This document shows, one piece after another, positions 15,681 to 27,936 of a DNA stretch of 64,000 bases; position 1 is the stretch's first letter, and every line of letters begins with the position of its first letter. Made by a program: the position numbers and the translations under genes. The notes beneath the pieces were generated by a model, which was not told the origin of the DNA, did not search any database, and worked only from the letters and a program-made list of their open reading frames with translations. The stretch comes from Parasitella parasitica NRRL 2501 (lineage: Eukaryota > Fungi > Mucoromycota). The stretch lies in contig MU619255.1 in assembly GCA_025201805.1 (NCBI GenBank), positions 113,034 to 177,033 of the forward strand, in the 5' to 3' direction.

Positions 15681-16329
15681 TAAACTCTTTATAGTCACTA
15701 TCATTTATTATTCATACCGTATATATCACTTTTATATATTTCCCTCCTTTTGTCCCGACTGGTTATCATAATTTACCCTTATATATGTATCATATACTCG
15801 TGCTTGTTTCTAATTGAATTTTTTTCATAAAATATATCGAAAGAAAAACTCTTTGATTTAAAGACTAATGCACTGAAATAACGATCTTTATTCTGCCTTT
15901 TCTCATAGTCAACTGTCATGAAAAAAATCAACACATACAGAAAATTAATTTCTAGTTCATTTCATGCTGAAGAAAAAAATAGTGCTTATGTGATAAAACA
16001 CGAATTTGATAAGCGGATATGATGCCAAATATTCAAAGCCTTTTTTATTCTACTGTTGCAGGCTGAAAAATCAAGAACGAAAAGTAACGGTTCAAAATAT
16101 ACCAAAGAGATTTGCTGTTTGAGTGAAATATCTTAACATCGACCATGATTCTCTGCAATAAACAGAATATTAATTAAGCACTTTGGCATATTCAATGCAT
16201 GCAGCTCTGCAATTGTAATGTTATTATATATTTGACATGTACCTATTTCTAAACTTTGATCGTAAGCTCATCGTATTTTTTTTTAGCAATGATAACGACG
16301 ATCTGTTTGCATGAATTTTTAAGAAATTC

Positions 16330-16690
16330 GCTTCTCCTGTATTATCCCCCAATGGCGGCATATTTCAAGGAGGAATCACGAGTTGTTTTTATCATATCTG
16401 CAGAGATACAACTTTTTCATTTTGTTTATACTGATTTTGGGAATTCATTTCATGGTGAAACTCCTTTTGCCGGGAGATCACAAGTGCTGCGAACCAAACG
16501 TATCCAAGCAAGTATGAGTCCTGAATGATAGCTGCCAACTTTTGTCGAGTACAATGTACCGCTCCATGAAATTTGATTACAATTTACGCTGGTATCATAA
16601 GGACATTTGTTTATCGAATGATTGTACCCGGTTGACGTCCTGCATGATTCACCCAACAAAGAATAAATTATCATATTACGCCACATTTAT
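16330..16690 (+). pseudogene. Possible highly decayed protein-kinase fragment
   Basis: TDFGNS...GETPFAG...KRI, and in another frame LSNDCTRLTSCMIHP, recall kinase C-lobe motifs; interrupted by stops and frame changes. Confidence 0.25.
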
Positions 16691-17708
16691 GCGAAGCGCA
16701 GGTCCCAGAATGTACACCTTCCTGAAGAAAATAAACATATTGTAACAACGCACAAAAATAAGCGCACTGACATTACGCCAGGACCTGTAGCCATTTATAT
16801 GTCTTCCCCCCCCCCCTCCTTTATTGTTGGAGAAAACAATACTTGAAATCATACGATGATGTTTGCGTATCATAAATTTTCAATAGCACGTTTCCATCTC
16901 GAGTGTATGTGGTAGCCTGAGCAACTGCTCAACCACAACTGTTAATAACTCTTGCTTTGTCGCAAAAAGACAAAGAAATTGGTAAAAGCTTTAGCTCCTC
17001 TTTATTGCAGCAAGTACATAGTTAATTACTACCACATTGCGCGTAACTTGGATTCAAGAAAAAAAAAGGTTGATTGGGCAGGATTAAATGCTCATTATTT
17101 AATGTAAACTAGTGATAGGTCAATTTCTTTGATTTATAGGGCTGATGGCCTACACACTCAATGTAGCAATCCACTCCATTCTTCTTGCTAGGTAACCCAG
17201 GATCACAGTATTCTTATACAAATGTCTGTTCTCAGCATTGTGGATTTTGACATTATCCTATTGAAATTATTTATGCAAGGTGTGGTAAACAAGCCATTCC
17301 ATCAAAAAGCAGTTATAAATAATTATTTGATCCGAAAAAATCAATATACAATGAAGATAAGCGATATTTTGCATATAAAATGATACATAGGCACATCAAA
17401 TTGTAATTTATCAAAAACTGGCAGCTGTTTCTTAATTGATTATACCAACTTCCAATATTTGCGATGCAAAACACTCATTAATACTTTGTCAGGGCCAAAC
17501 CAAAGCCTTTGTTCTCACTTGCGACGCATCTAATATTGTAGCCCACTTTATAAACTAGCTTTAATGTGTAACAAATACAATTAGACGTCAAATTACGGTA
17601 CTTTTAGTTCAACTAGTTATTGCACTAGTAAGGAGTTTTTTTTTTCTCTCTGCTGCGATTACGTCGTTTGAAAATTATTTTTCTTCTTTCTTTATCAACA
17701 TCGTCATT

Positions 17709-18576
17709 ATGCGTCTCTATGCTATTCCAATCGTAAAAAACCGATGGGCATACTATTGCCATTCAACTCTCCCCTCTACTTCTCGTCTCGCTAAAGCTGT
17801 TGACTGGTCAAGCAAAAAATGGGAGCTATTGGATAAAGCCGAGGCTGACAGTTGGAAGAAGAAATTATATATCCGTGGTAACAACGTGATGAACCAGTTG
17901 GATTATCAGGAATGGTTCTTTAAAAGTGTTCCTGGAAAAGAGGATATCGAAAAGCCCTTAAATCAGGTACAAATAATGACATGTGAGGCAACCCGATGAA
18001 TTAATGTAATATTGTGCATAGGTCATGGTACATCATCCTTCGTTATTAGACGGATCTCAGTTAGAATTAGAGCTGAAAGCACTGCTTAAACAAAGGATCC
18101 CATACCATAACAAGTACATGTGGTATTCTGCATATTGGGTTCCATTGTCATGTACATTTGTGGTCGTCCCACTGATTCCTAATATACCGCTCGCTTACAA
18201 TCTGTTTCGTCTCTACAGCCACTACAAAGCATGGAAAGGAGCCCAGCATTTAGGATCACTATCAAGCTATGGCAGTCTGGATTATATAAGCGATGGCCAT
18301 TTAGATGTTATTTTCGACAAGAAAATACTAGTCAGCGCACAAGATGTTGTGTTTCCTCCAGAAATACATGAAGCCTTCGAGAAATCGCCCAAGAAACCTG
18401 ATCTAGTGGCCATGGAACAGGATATAGAAGGAGTGTTGAATCAGGATAATATCAAGCAATTGGTGGATGCATTGCAAGTGCCAGGACTGGAAATGGAGTT
18501 GAATAGAGCTCGTTCGCAAATACTCAAGTCGATCGCCGAAGAACGATTTAAGGGACAAGTGCAGCATGAAAAATAG
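17709..18576 (+). CDS. Mitochondrial K+/H+ exchange-related protein (Mit_KHE1/YDL183C-like); 2 exons
   Basis: MRLYAIP, LDYQEWFFKSVP, HNKYMWYS...PLSCTFVVVPLIPNIPLAYNLFRLYSHYKAWKGAQHL; intron ~17967-18021. Confidence 0.85.
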
Positions 18577-18688
18577 TCGGATTTTTGTTTTAAAAATGAT
18601 TTATAGATTGTATATAGCATACAAAAGAGAAAATAAAGTTTGAACCAGGCTATCCGGATGACTATATTGTGCAATCCTTAATTACGCT

Positions 18689-18698
18689 NNNNNNNNNN

Positions 18699-18736
<38 letters not shown>
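18689..18736. other. Assembly gap (10 N) abutting a poly(A) run
   Basis: n x10 at 18689-18698 followed by ~38 A. Confidence 0.95.
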
Positions 18737-18738
<2 letters not shown>

Positions 18739-19141
18739 GTGTTAATCTCGTCCTGTGATAGCAGAAAAATCATCAAATGTCGATTCATGTCTCTGGATTG
18801 ATTCTGTTTTGACGCCATGAAGCTATTAATTATATTAATAGAGTCATCCTTTCTCTGTTTATAAAGAAGCCATGGATCTGGAATAAAAAGGGTCTTTTGC
18901 GGTGTTGACTGCATGCATGTGAGCTCATGTTGTCAATGGTATTCCTCAAAAGGTATCATTCATTAAAAAAATTATATTCATAAATGAATACAAATTCATT
19001 TCGGGGATACATGCTTGTCAGATCAGAAACCACAATGGTCATGAGAATAATAAACCCCTTGGTAAAAGTTGATATAAATTATCGAGAAAAAAAAAAGGTA
19101 ATTCGAAATCACCAACCACTTTTATTTCATTTATAAGTAAA

Positions 19142-20493
19142 ATGATCAATAATGGCATACTTTATGTAATAGGCGAGGAGAATCTTGATATTCTTCTCAC
19201 CATATGTTTTGTTCTGTTCCCTTTCATCAGATTGATATGGGAATCTTGTAAGTGTACTTTTCCAATGCAAATCGATACATTGCTAATTGGTTTTTCCACA
19301 TGTATCACAGATTCCTTAGGTAGAAGAATAATAGAAGAAAAAATGAGTAAGTGTAGATTTTCGCATGTTAAACCCAACAGTATCCTAATTTTTTACAAAC
19401 AGCTACAAGTGAACTTGTTGCAAACCTGGCAAATCAAGTGAATCAAACCACCAAGAATCTAGCTGATTTCCAAGCTCAATTTGCCGAAACAAACTTGCGC
19501 GACAACAATCAATTGTTAACCATGATTAGGTCAAACGAAACATTGCGTCGAGAGCTCATTAACATGAGCAATTCTGTTGTTATGGAGCACCAAGCTATCC
19601 AAGAACTCTCTACTCTCATGTACCACAAAAATTCTGTTACTGATGCCATCGTCATGATTATGAGAGATCTCGAAAACGTTATCAATGTAGAGAAAGCATC
19701 TTTGCAACAAACTAACATTCTCCAAGAAGAAATACATCAAGAGGTTATGAAAAACACACAACATAACCAACGATTTGAAAAGCGACATGACCAAATGCGT
19801 GATATAATGAACGCGAATTTTGATTTCTTGGTAGAGCAATTCCGAGCCCTCAAAACTCAACTTAGCGACCACATTACTTTCAATGAAGATTTCAGAGAAT
19901 GGGCCCAGAATGAAATTCAGATATTTTCACAAGGAAACAACAGCACCACCGAACTGAAAGCCCAAGTCAACGCCCTCCAAAAAGAGGTTTCGACACTAAA
20001 CCAAAAAATGCGTAGAATGGAAGCAAAAATGCTCAATACGAAGAGCTGCAGCTGCCAAGACCATCTTTCCAGATTGGAAGAGCTTGAACACAAAGTGGGA
20101 TTGTGCGAATGTCATGGTTTTGACTCCCATCAATCAAGAATCGAAGATTTAGAACAAGGTATCGTCAATTTCAGAAGCGATTTTGCAGAGCATCGCAAAC
20201 ATTTTGCAAAGCACCAAATAAACTTTGCAGAGCATGAAGCATGTTTCACTCAGCACCAAAGAAACTTTGCACAACATCAAGACGATTTTGCATCCTACCA
20301 AGTACATTTTTCCGATCATCAAACCAGATTAGAAAGGCTTGAAGACGATTATACTATACAAGGAATTGTCACTCACGATTTTGAAAAGAATTATGCCACT
20401 CACGACGATCTCAAAGATATCGTGGGTGAAGTCAAGGAATTGTTGGAAAAAGCCAACTTAAACGTACAAGATGATAATATTGATAATTTATAG
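19142..20493 (+). CDS. Uncharacterised ~410-aa protein: N-terminal hydrophobic anchor plus long coiled coil with Phe/His heptads
   Basis: Exons 19142-19247, 19311-19346 and 19403-20493 (both donors GTAAGT, CAG acceptors) splice in frame; ILLTICFVLFPFIRLIW hydrophobic segment. Confidence 0.75.
20182..20327 (+). repeat. Seven degenerate 21-nt coding repeats (F-x-x-H-x-x-x)
   Basis: FAEHRKH FAKHQIN FAEHEAC FTQHQRN FAQHQDD FASYQVH FSDHQTR; tttgca...ca[tc] recurs every 21 nt. Confidence 0.85.
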
Positions 20494-20945
20494 ACTTTCA
20501 ATAAACATATATTTATTCGCAGGCGTCTTAAATAATACATACAATATTAAGTGTGATACGAGTAAAACCCTCGGTATAACCAAACAACACGAGTATGTTG
20601 AACGATAATATACATTTAATCACTCATCAACTGAGCATGAGGAAGATCATAATTCAGAAAAATAAATACCTGGAAACTGATCAGCAGCACGAAAATCATC
20701 AGACAAGGTAATTATGTATAAATCGCAGCACAATGTTTACATATGTTTATCCACATGCAAAATTACTGAAGCCATGGTACCAATAACATTAATTAAGATC
20801 CATCATTGTTCAAAGCCATTTAGGGCGCTATATATTCCTAATGTTTCTTTACAGCAAGAATGTATGTATTGTGAGTCCCTGTCCATTATCAATATCGAAA
20901 CTTGTAAATATGATAGACGAGACGTTTATTTAATATAACAGTAAA

Positions 20946-23784
20946 TTATCCAGGTCGAGAAGTTGATATCACACGAGCATGGTCCAACAATAAGTTTGTT
21001 TTTGCTCCATAGTAAATGGTTTCTAAATCCACTTCAAACTCGGGTATACGTTGATGCTCATCTTCTTCGTCTTCTTCGTCTGCAAGTTTATTGTTCCTCA
21101 CAAAATCCACATGAGCTACAATCCTGTCAAACATGGTCTCTAATCGAGCACGTAAACCGCCATATCGACTCTCGAGCACTTCCCAGCCAAACGGCTTGTA
21201 TGTCTTCATCCACATGGATCGATGACATTTCCATAATTCATCCACTTCCTCTCTTAGCTGTTTCAAACGAACATGTGCTATAGTTAACAGTTGGTCATAA
21301 TCTTTCTTTTTATAGGCCTCTACACAATGCTTGCGCAAATGGCTCTTTAGCGATAGGACTTTGGCTATTCTTCGAGGAAATTCCAATCGATCATTGAATG
21401 GGCAAGACGCAGCCTTTTCTGTTATGGCTTTTTGAAGATGGTTCTCAATAGCAGCGTAGTGTGTCTCCAAATCCTCATCATTGTATTGTGGTGATAAAAA
21501 GCTTAAAATTGGCTCTGTACGTATAAAAATGTTCCGTCTAAGTGATATACTCACCTCTCTGTTTCTCTTATATTTTACATACCTTCCCACAATAGCCATT
21601 TGCTCATATTATTCACAAAATTTGATCTTGATGTAATTGGCACACCTTCAGGAGTGTCATCAATCTAGAGAAAACGTTTTAAGTGGCTGTATACAGACGC
21701 ATGATATGTAAAAATACCTTGGATGCTAGAACCCAATCATCAAAATTTGCTCCACAGATACCCTCTATGTGTGCACGTTGCGTAAACAAATAAGTTTATA
21801 TTAGTGATTGTGGTGATATTCATCCATACCAAAATTTCGCTTTAATATATGAATGTCGACTTCCTCTTGATATGTGTACCCATGCTGAGCATAATAAAGC
21901 AAAGCTGGCAGTGCTGATAAACTACACATAATGTCAATCTCAACAACACATCCACGTTGCAAAAACAAGGAACCCTACACGTCGCATTCATTGCCTTCGT
22001 CTCCCCAAGTCGTGATAAATGTATTTCGTACACCATCTTCCTTATTCTTGGCTGCCACTACACTTGCTCTGATTGCTTGAAATGAAAACGGAAGGGCTGT
22101 CCAGAATCGACTCCAAGTCCATGCAGACGCTAAAAATTTACAAAAAATCGTTAGCTCTTGACACTATAAAGATCAATCTTTGCGCGTGATTTACTCGCTA
22201 CCCATGGATCTTGACATCCCATTTGTCTATGTTGCTGTATTTTTTGAGAATAGATGTCAGAGGTGGTGTGATAATAATTCCAAAAGATCAGCTTCATATT
22301 CTGAGGCATGTTTTCAATTAGTTCAGGCGTAGCCGGATTATTAGATTCATCATAGTATCCTTGCAACGAATTGTTTTTAGCAGCTGTAAATTATAAAAGG
22401 GTCGCTGGTTTTAGCTCGTCTCTCTCATTATGCTAAAATGTTGCTATTTATACATTACCTAGACAGAAAAGCACTAAATTTCGTTTTTAAAAATTAGCTC
22501 AAACCTTACATGATCTCACTATCCCTTTTAAATACTTACTATCAGACCAGATCATTGGCTCTACATTGCTTCGAACACAAATCTCATTCACTCGTTGTAA
22601 ATGTTCAAGAAACAACTGTACAGGATCCTTGTATCCATACAACTGTATGTACCGACCTTCGCCTACGCCATGTGCTTCATCCATACCAATATGAATACGT
22701 TTTGACCTAAATGGCCTAGTGGCAGTTTGAATCATTTTTTCAATGAAGTCATAAGTTGGTTCTGACTCTGCAAGCAGTACTTCTGAATTATCTCTCAAAT
22801 AAGAATATTGTTGCCATTGTAGAACTTGTCCTAGATGACCCAATGTCTGGATACAGGGCATAACTTCAATACCACTACACGTATCAAAAAGTCAATATGT
22901 ACATATATAAATATCATCTCGGCACTGCGCATATCTGAATAAGCTGGGCTAAACTTACAGATCAAATGCATAGTCATCAATCAGAGACAATTCTCGCGAT
23001 GTATATTTTCCACGAAGATATCCAAACATGTGCTCTCCTTCCATTTCGTACGTATCCTCTGTATACAGTTGTAGCATGTTGAGACCCATCAGCGCCATAT
23101 TGTTCAGCAAAAAGTAAACCGTTTTAGGACGTAATACACCTCCACGACTGCAATCCACCATAACTCTACAGACGCTACATGGTCAGAATCTTGATATCAT
23201 GCCCAAGTTATTCATTTTACCCTTGCGTATCAAATTGTGCCTTTTCCGTAAAATTTACTAGATCACCATGGATACCGGTCAGGACCATAAAATCCCTGGC
23301 GCTTCCCAGTAATCTTCCCAAGGCACGAAAAGCTATTTTTTTAGTCCCTTGCATTAGTATCACACTAAAACACACACCCGCATACAAAAAAATTACCATC
23401 TATTTTCCTATGGAATCTTACTTGCACTTCAAATTTGCTCCCGGAAGGTATATCGTTGTAGTTATCGTAATTGCTGACTGATGTATATTCGCCTTCACGT
23501 AATCCGGTATCATATATAAAGCTATCGTATACATTCAGTAACCAAACCATGGCATATGCATATACGCAAACTTACTTGACGTGCCATTTGAACTCACTAG
23601 ATTCATCGTCCATTGCATTCTCGCTCACCAAGTTTCTGTGAGGCGCATATGCAATAAGTTTTAATAACCCGTCTTGCAGGTCAACTGGTTGCTGTGAGGG
23701 ATCAATAACAATCAGCACTGTACTTTGCTCCGAGTAGCTTTGTATCATGATATCGTCTGCGATCAAATAATCTTCTGCTGCCAT
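20946..23784 (-). CDS. Glycoside hydrolase family 20 beta-N-acetylhexosaminidase (HEXDC/GcnA-like, no signal peptide); >10 exons
   Basis: VMVDCSRGGV, LQLYTEDTYE, FGYLRGKY, MPCIQTLGHL, IHIGMDEA (catalytic DE), IWSDM, WNYYH, KPFGWEVLESRYGGL. Confidence 0.9.
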
Positions 23785-24249
23785 GATGATTTGTGAAATA
23801 TATAGAAAAGAAAAAGAACCCAGAAAATCCTGCAGTAACATAAACCTGCATTTTATTGTCGACGTTTGAAATCATTATTACCATTTTGGAGTATTGGTTC
23901 GAATCAAACAGTTGTTACAAAAGTATCGTATGACGAATCAATGAGTACATGTACAAATATCATATAAGCCTTTATTAATAGCATTGATTGCATTGCATGA
24001 TACTGCCCTACTAAGAATCGCTTATATACAAGCCAAATTTAGTGAATCAACAGTTCTGGTAAATAAAACGGGCATATTTGATAGTATATTTTGTTTATGA
24101 CAAAACAAAAAGAAAAAATATAATACATTTATTTTAGTTTTTCTCCAAAGTTTTTTTTTTTTCTTGTAAAGGGATGAATACTATATATCATATCTATGTA
24201 TAAAATTTCTGCACACGATTTGGAATAATGTCTAATAATTTGAATTAAT

Positions 24250-26404
24250 TTAATCGACTTCCTCAATGCTGGGACCATCAGTCTCATCAGTGGAACCAGC
24301 GGGGAAACCACCAGGAGCAGCTCCACCGGGCATACCACCGGGAGCAGCACCTGCAGCGCCACCGTTAGCTTGATAGAACTTCATCATGATGGGGTTAGCA
24401 ACTTCTTCAAGTTCCTTTTGCTTGGACTCGTATTCCTCCTTGGAGGCCTCTTGAGACTCATCCAACCACTTGATGGCTTCATCAACTGCCTTCTGGAGAG
24501 TAGCCTTATCATCTGCACCAAGAGCAGAGGCAACCTTCTCTTCTTGGAGAGTGTTACGGAGGTTGTAAGCATAAGATTCAAGACCGTTCTTGGCTTGGAT
24601 ACGAGAAGCAGCTTCCTCATCTTCAGCCTTATACTTTTCAGCATCGTTGACCATACGCTCGATCTCTTCCTTGGAAAGACGGCCCTTATCGTTGGTGATG
24701 GTAATCTTGTTGGACTTACCAGTGGTCTTGTCAAGAGCAGAGACGTTCAAGATACCGTTGGCATCAACGTCAAAGGTGACCTCGACTTGGGGAACACCAC
24801 GAGGAGCGGGAGGGATACCGGTTAATTCAAACTTACCAAGGATGTTATTGTCCTTTGTGCGGGCACGTTCACCTTCGAACACTTGGATAAGGACACCAGG
24901 TTGGTTATCGGCATAGGTGGAGAAGATTTCAGACTTCTTGGTAGGAACAGTAGTGTTACGCTTGATCAAGGCAGTCATGACACCACCAGCGGTTTCAATA
25001 CCGAGAGAAAGAGGGGCAACATCCAAAAGAAGGAGATCTTGAGTCTTCTCAGAGGTATCGCCAGAAAGGATAGCAGCTTGAACAGCAGCACCATAGGCAA
25101 CAGCCTCATCAGGGTTGATGGACTTGTTAGGTTCCTTACCGTTGAAGAAATCAGAAACTAACTTTTGGACCTTGGGGATACGAGTAGAACCACCAACAAG
25201 GACGATATCGTGAACTTCACCCTTACCAATCTTGGCATCACGGAGAACCTTTTCAACAGGCTCCATTGTGTTACGGAAAAGATCTTGGTTCAATTCCTCG
25301 AAACGAGCACGAGTCAAAGAAGTGTAGAAATCAACACCTTCAAAGAGAGAATCGATTTCGATAGAGGTTTGAGCAGCAGAAGACAAGGTACGCTTTGCAC
25401 GCTCACAAGCAGTACGAAGACGACGAATAGCACGGGCGTTACCGGCGATGTCCTTCTTGAACTTGCGCTTGAATTCTTGCATAAAGTGGTCAACGAGACG
25501 ATTGTCGAAATCTTCACCACCCAAATGGGTATCACCAGCAGTAGCCTTGACTTCAAAGATACCATCTTCGATGGTCAAGAGGGAAACATCAAAGGTTCCT
25601 CCACCCAAATCGAAAATCAAAACGTTACGCTCGCCCTCGACCTTCTTGTCCAAACCGTAGGCAATGGCAGCAGCGGTGGGTTCGTTAATGATACGTTGAA
25701 CGTTAAGACCGGAAATCAAACCAGCATCCTTGGTAGCTTGACGTTGACCTATAAAAAGTCGAATTGATTAACATATATGGAAAAAAACACGTCATGTTTC
25801 ATATTAATAAAGTTACTTACTGTCGTTGAAGTAGGCAGGTACAGTAATGACAGCGTTCTTGACATCACTACCGAGATAAGCTTCAGCAGTTTCCTTCATC
25901 TTGACCAGGATCATGGCAGAGATTTCTTCAGGAGTGAAGGTCTTGGTCTCGCCCTTGAATTCGACTTCAATGAGAGGTTTTGTGTCTTTATCGATAACCT
26001 TGAAAGACCAGTGCTTCATATCAGCTTGGACTTCAGCATCGTTGAAACGACGACCGATCAAACGCTTAGCATCGAAAACAGTGTTGTAAGGGTTCATTGC
26101 GACTTGATTCTTGGCAGCATCACCAATGAGACGCTCAGAGTCGGTGAAACCAACATAAGAGGGGGTGGTACGGTTACCTTGATCGTTAGCAATGATCTCA
26201 ACACGATCATTTTGCCAGACGCCAACACAAGAATAGCTAAAATGTCGATATTGTTAGTTTCTCGGTTCCTAGGAACAGAAACGCGAGTTTATCAAACTTA
26301 CGTAGTACCCAAATCAATACCAACTATTTACACAGGAACATTCAGATAAGTGGAAACAATCTAACTTTGCAATTATAGAACTTACCAGACTTTCCTCCAG
26401 ACAT
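24250..26404 (-). CDS. hsp70: Cytosolic Hsp70 (Ssa type); two tiny 5' exons plus two larger exons
   Basis: Spliced [51 protein letters not shown]-terminal GPSIEEVD; strong codon bias. Confidence 0.98.
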
Positions 26405-26461
26405 TTTTCAAAAGAATATATAAAAGATTAAAGAAGAGGATAGAAAACTTTTTGTTTGTCA

Positions 26462-26645
26462 TAATTATATAAAGGTCTATTTGGGAAATTTTTGTGACAA
26501 CTTTGGAAATCAAAAGAAAGTGGTAGAAATCCTATAGACTTTTTGGCTTTCTGACTGGGTGAAACAGGTGCCTGATTTCGAATATTGCTGCTTTTTGTTA
26601 AATGAACAATGGATGGACTCATGTTAATTCTAGAAACTTGCGTTC
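26462..26645 (-). promoter_or_regulatory. Hsp70 promoter: TATA box and heat-shock-element-like site
   Basis: TATATAA on the minus strand at ~26464-26470; TTCtaGAAacTTGcgTTC at 26628-26645. Confidence 0.55.
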
Positions 26646-27760
26646 ATTTGTCTATTAATTTAAAGAGTGACAACTGGTATTTTATTGGGAGGAGCACTCA
26701 ATCAGCTAACTACTGCTATCCAGAAGCTGAAAAAGACTATAAATTCTAAAATAAATTTACAATTTCTCAGCAGGTGAGTGTATATATGCGTATAGCACTG
26801 CAATATTATAGAACAAGTAATTTCCATGTGTCAACGACCAACCAACAATGAATGATTGAAAGATGTTTGATTGGTTTGGCATGGCGAATTCTTTAATATT
26901 GTATGTAAACAATACGTATGGTCACAAATGGCATCATGTAAACTAACTATTAAAGTGTATCTACGTAATATTGATAACTGCATCTTTAATATATAATGCT
27001 TAACTCTGTGATTCGAAGCGCCTTATGAATGACGGCTGCATATATACTAGAAGATTGTATAATGTTTTTGAAATAGTCGGCTAAGGACTAAATAACATAA
27101 GCACACTATCTAAAGTACCGCCATATAATGCATATCGCAGAACAATTGGTTTTCGGTAACTTGTTGTATCCATAGAATGCCATAAATTACCACTACCGTA
27201 TTTCAACTCAGTTGTCATAGCAACCGTTCCTGATCGGATCTAAGGTGAAATGGCATCGATTACTCTATCTAGTAAATAGAAGTATTCAATAGAATGTCTT
27301 GTATAAGAAACCATCTACTTGGGTTCTACTTATTCTAAATTGCGAAGCTCAACTTATCGATGAATGATTTACATTCATACCGATTAGCTGATTAAATATA
27401 GAAATATGTTTTGCTCTGACGACTACTGTGTTATAATCTTGTTTGACAATTAAATGTCAAACATGACGACCTGATTGTATTTTATAGATTGATTCAGATA
27501 GATTTATTCTAATATAAATAGACAGTTTCTTATCAATCAATAAATTAATAGTTTTGTATCTGGTAAATTAAATTTTTATTACTTTCTTATATTCTTTATA
27601 TCATATACAATCACCTGCTGTGCTCAATTTCAAGACCTGGGACAACAGTCTGATTTAGAGAGTCGAACGATATATTGTATCTATTGTCCATGAACATGTC
27701 ATGCCAAGTTATAAATAAGGAACATGATCCATTGGAATATGTTTCTGAATTGTGTTCAGG

Positions 27761-27790
27761 ATTGAGTTTGCTTGAGTTTACTTGAGTTTG
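27761..27790. repeat. 3 x 10-bp tandem repeat (nTTGAGTTTR)
   Basis: attgagtttg cttgagttta cttgagtttg. Confidence 0.7.
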
Positions 27791-27936
27791 ACTTTCGGTT
27801 GGGAAATCGACACATCACATACCGTATAGAAATTGATTGTAATTAATTAGTGTATTTATAATCATTTAGCTTAAATTTATATTTTATTAATTTTAAAAAA
27901 TAAAAGTATTTGATCAAGCAGAATACAGTATGAATT

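Noticed and set aside
18699-18736. Poly(A) run as a retroposon tail
   Set aside because: Directly abuts an N gap, and long A/T homopolymers are common throughout the window; no element body or TSD visible
24370-26349. Long plus-strand ORFs (151, 200 and 190 aa) antisense to Hsp70
   Set aside because: Well-known antisense shadow of codon-biased hsp70 genes, often mis-annotated as NAD-glutamate dehydrogenase; no independent motifs
26700-27800. Short open frames between Hsp70 and alpha-COP (similar ones at 53380-53650 and 55880-56400)
   Set aside because: No motif, start context or consistent splice model found; cannot support a gene or pseudogene call
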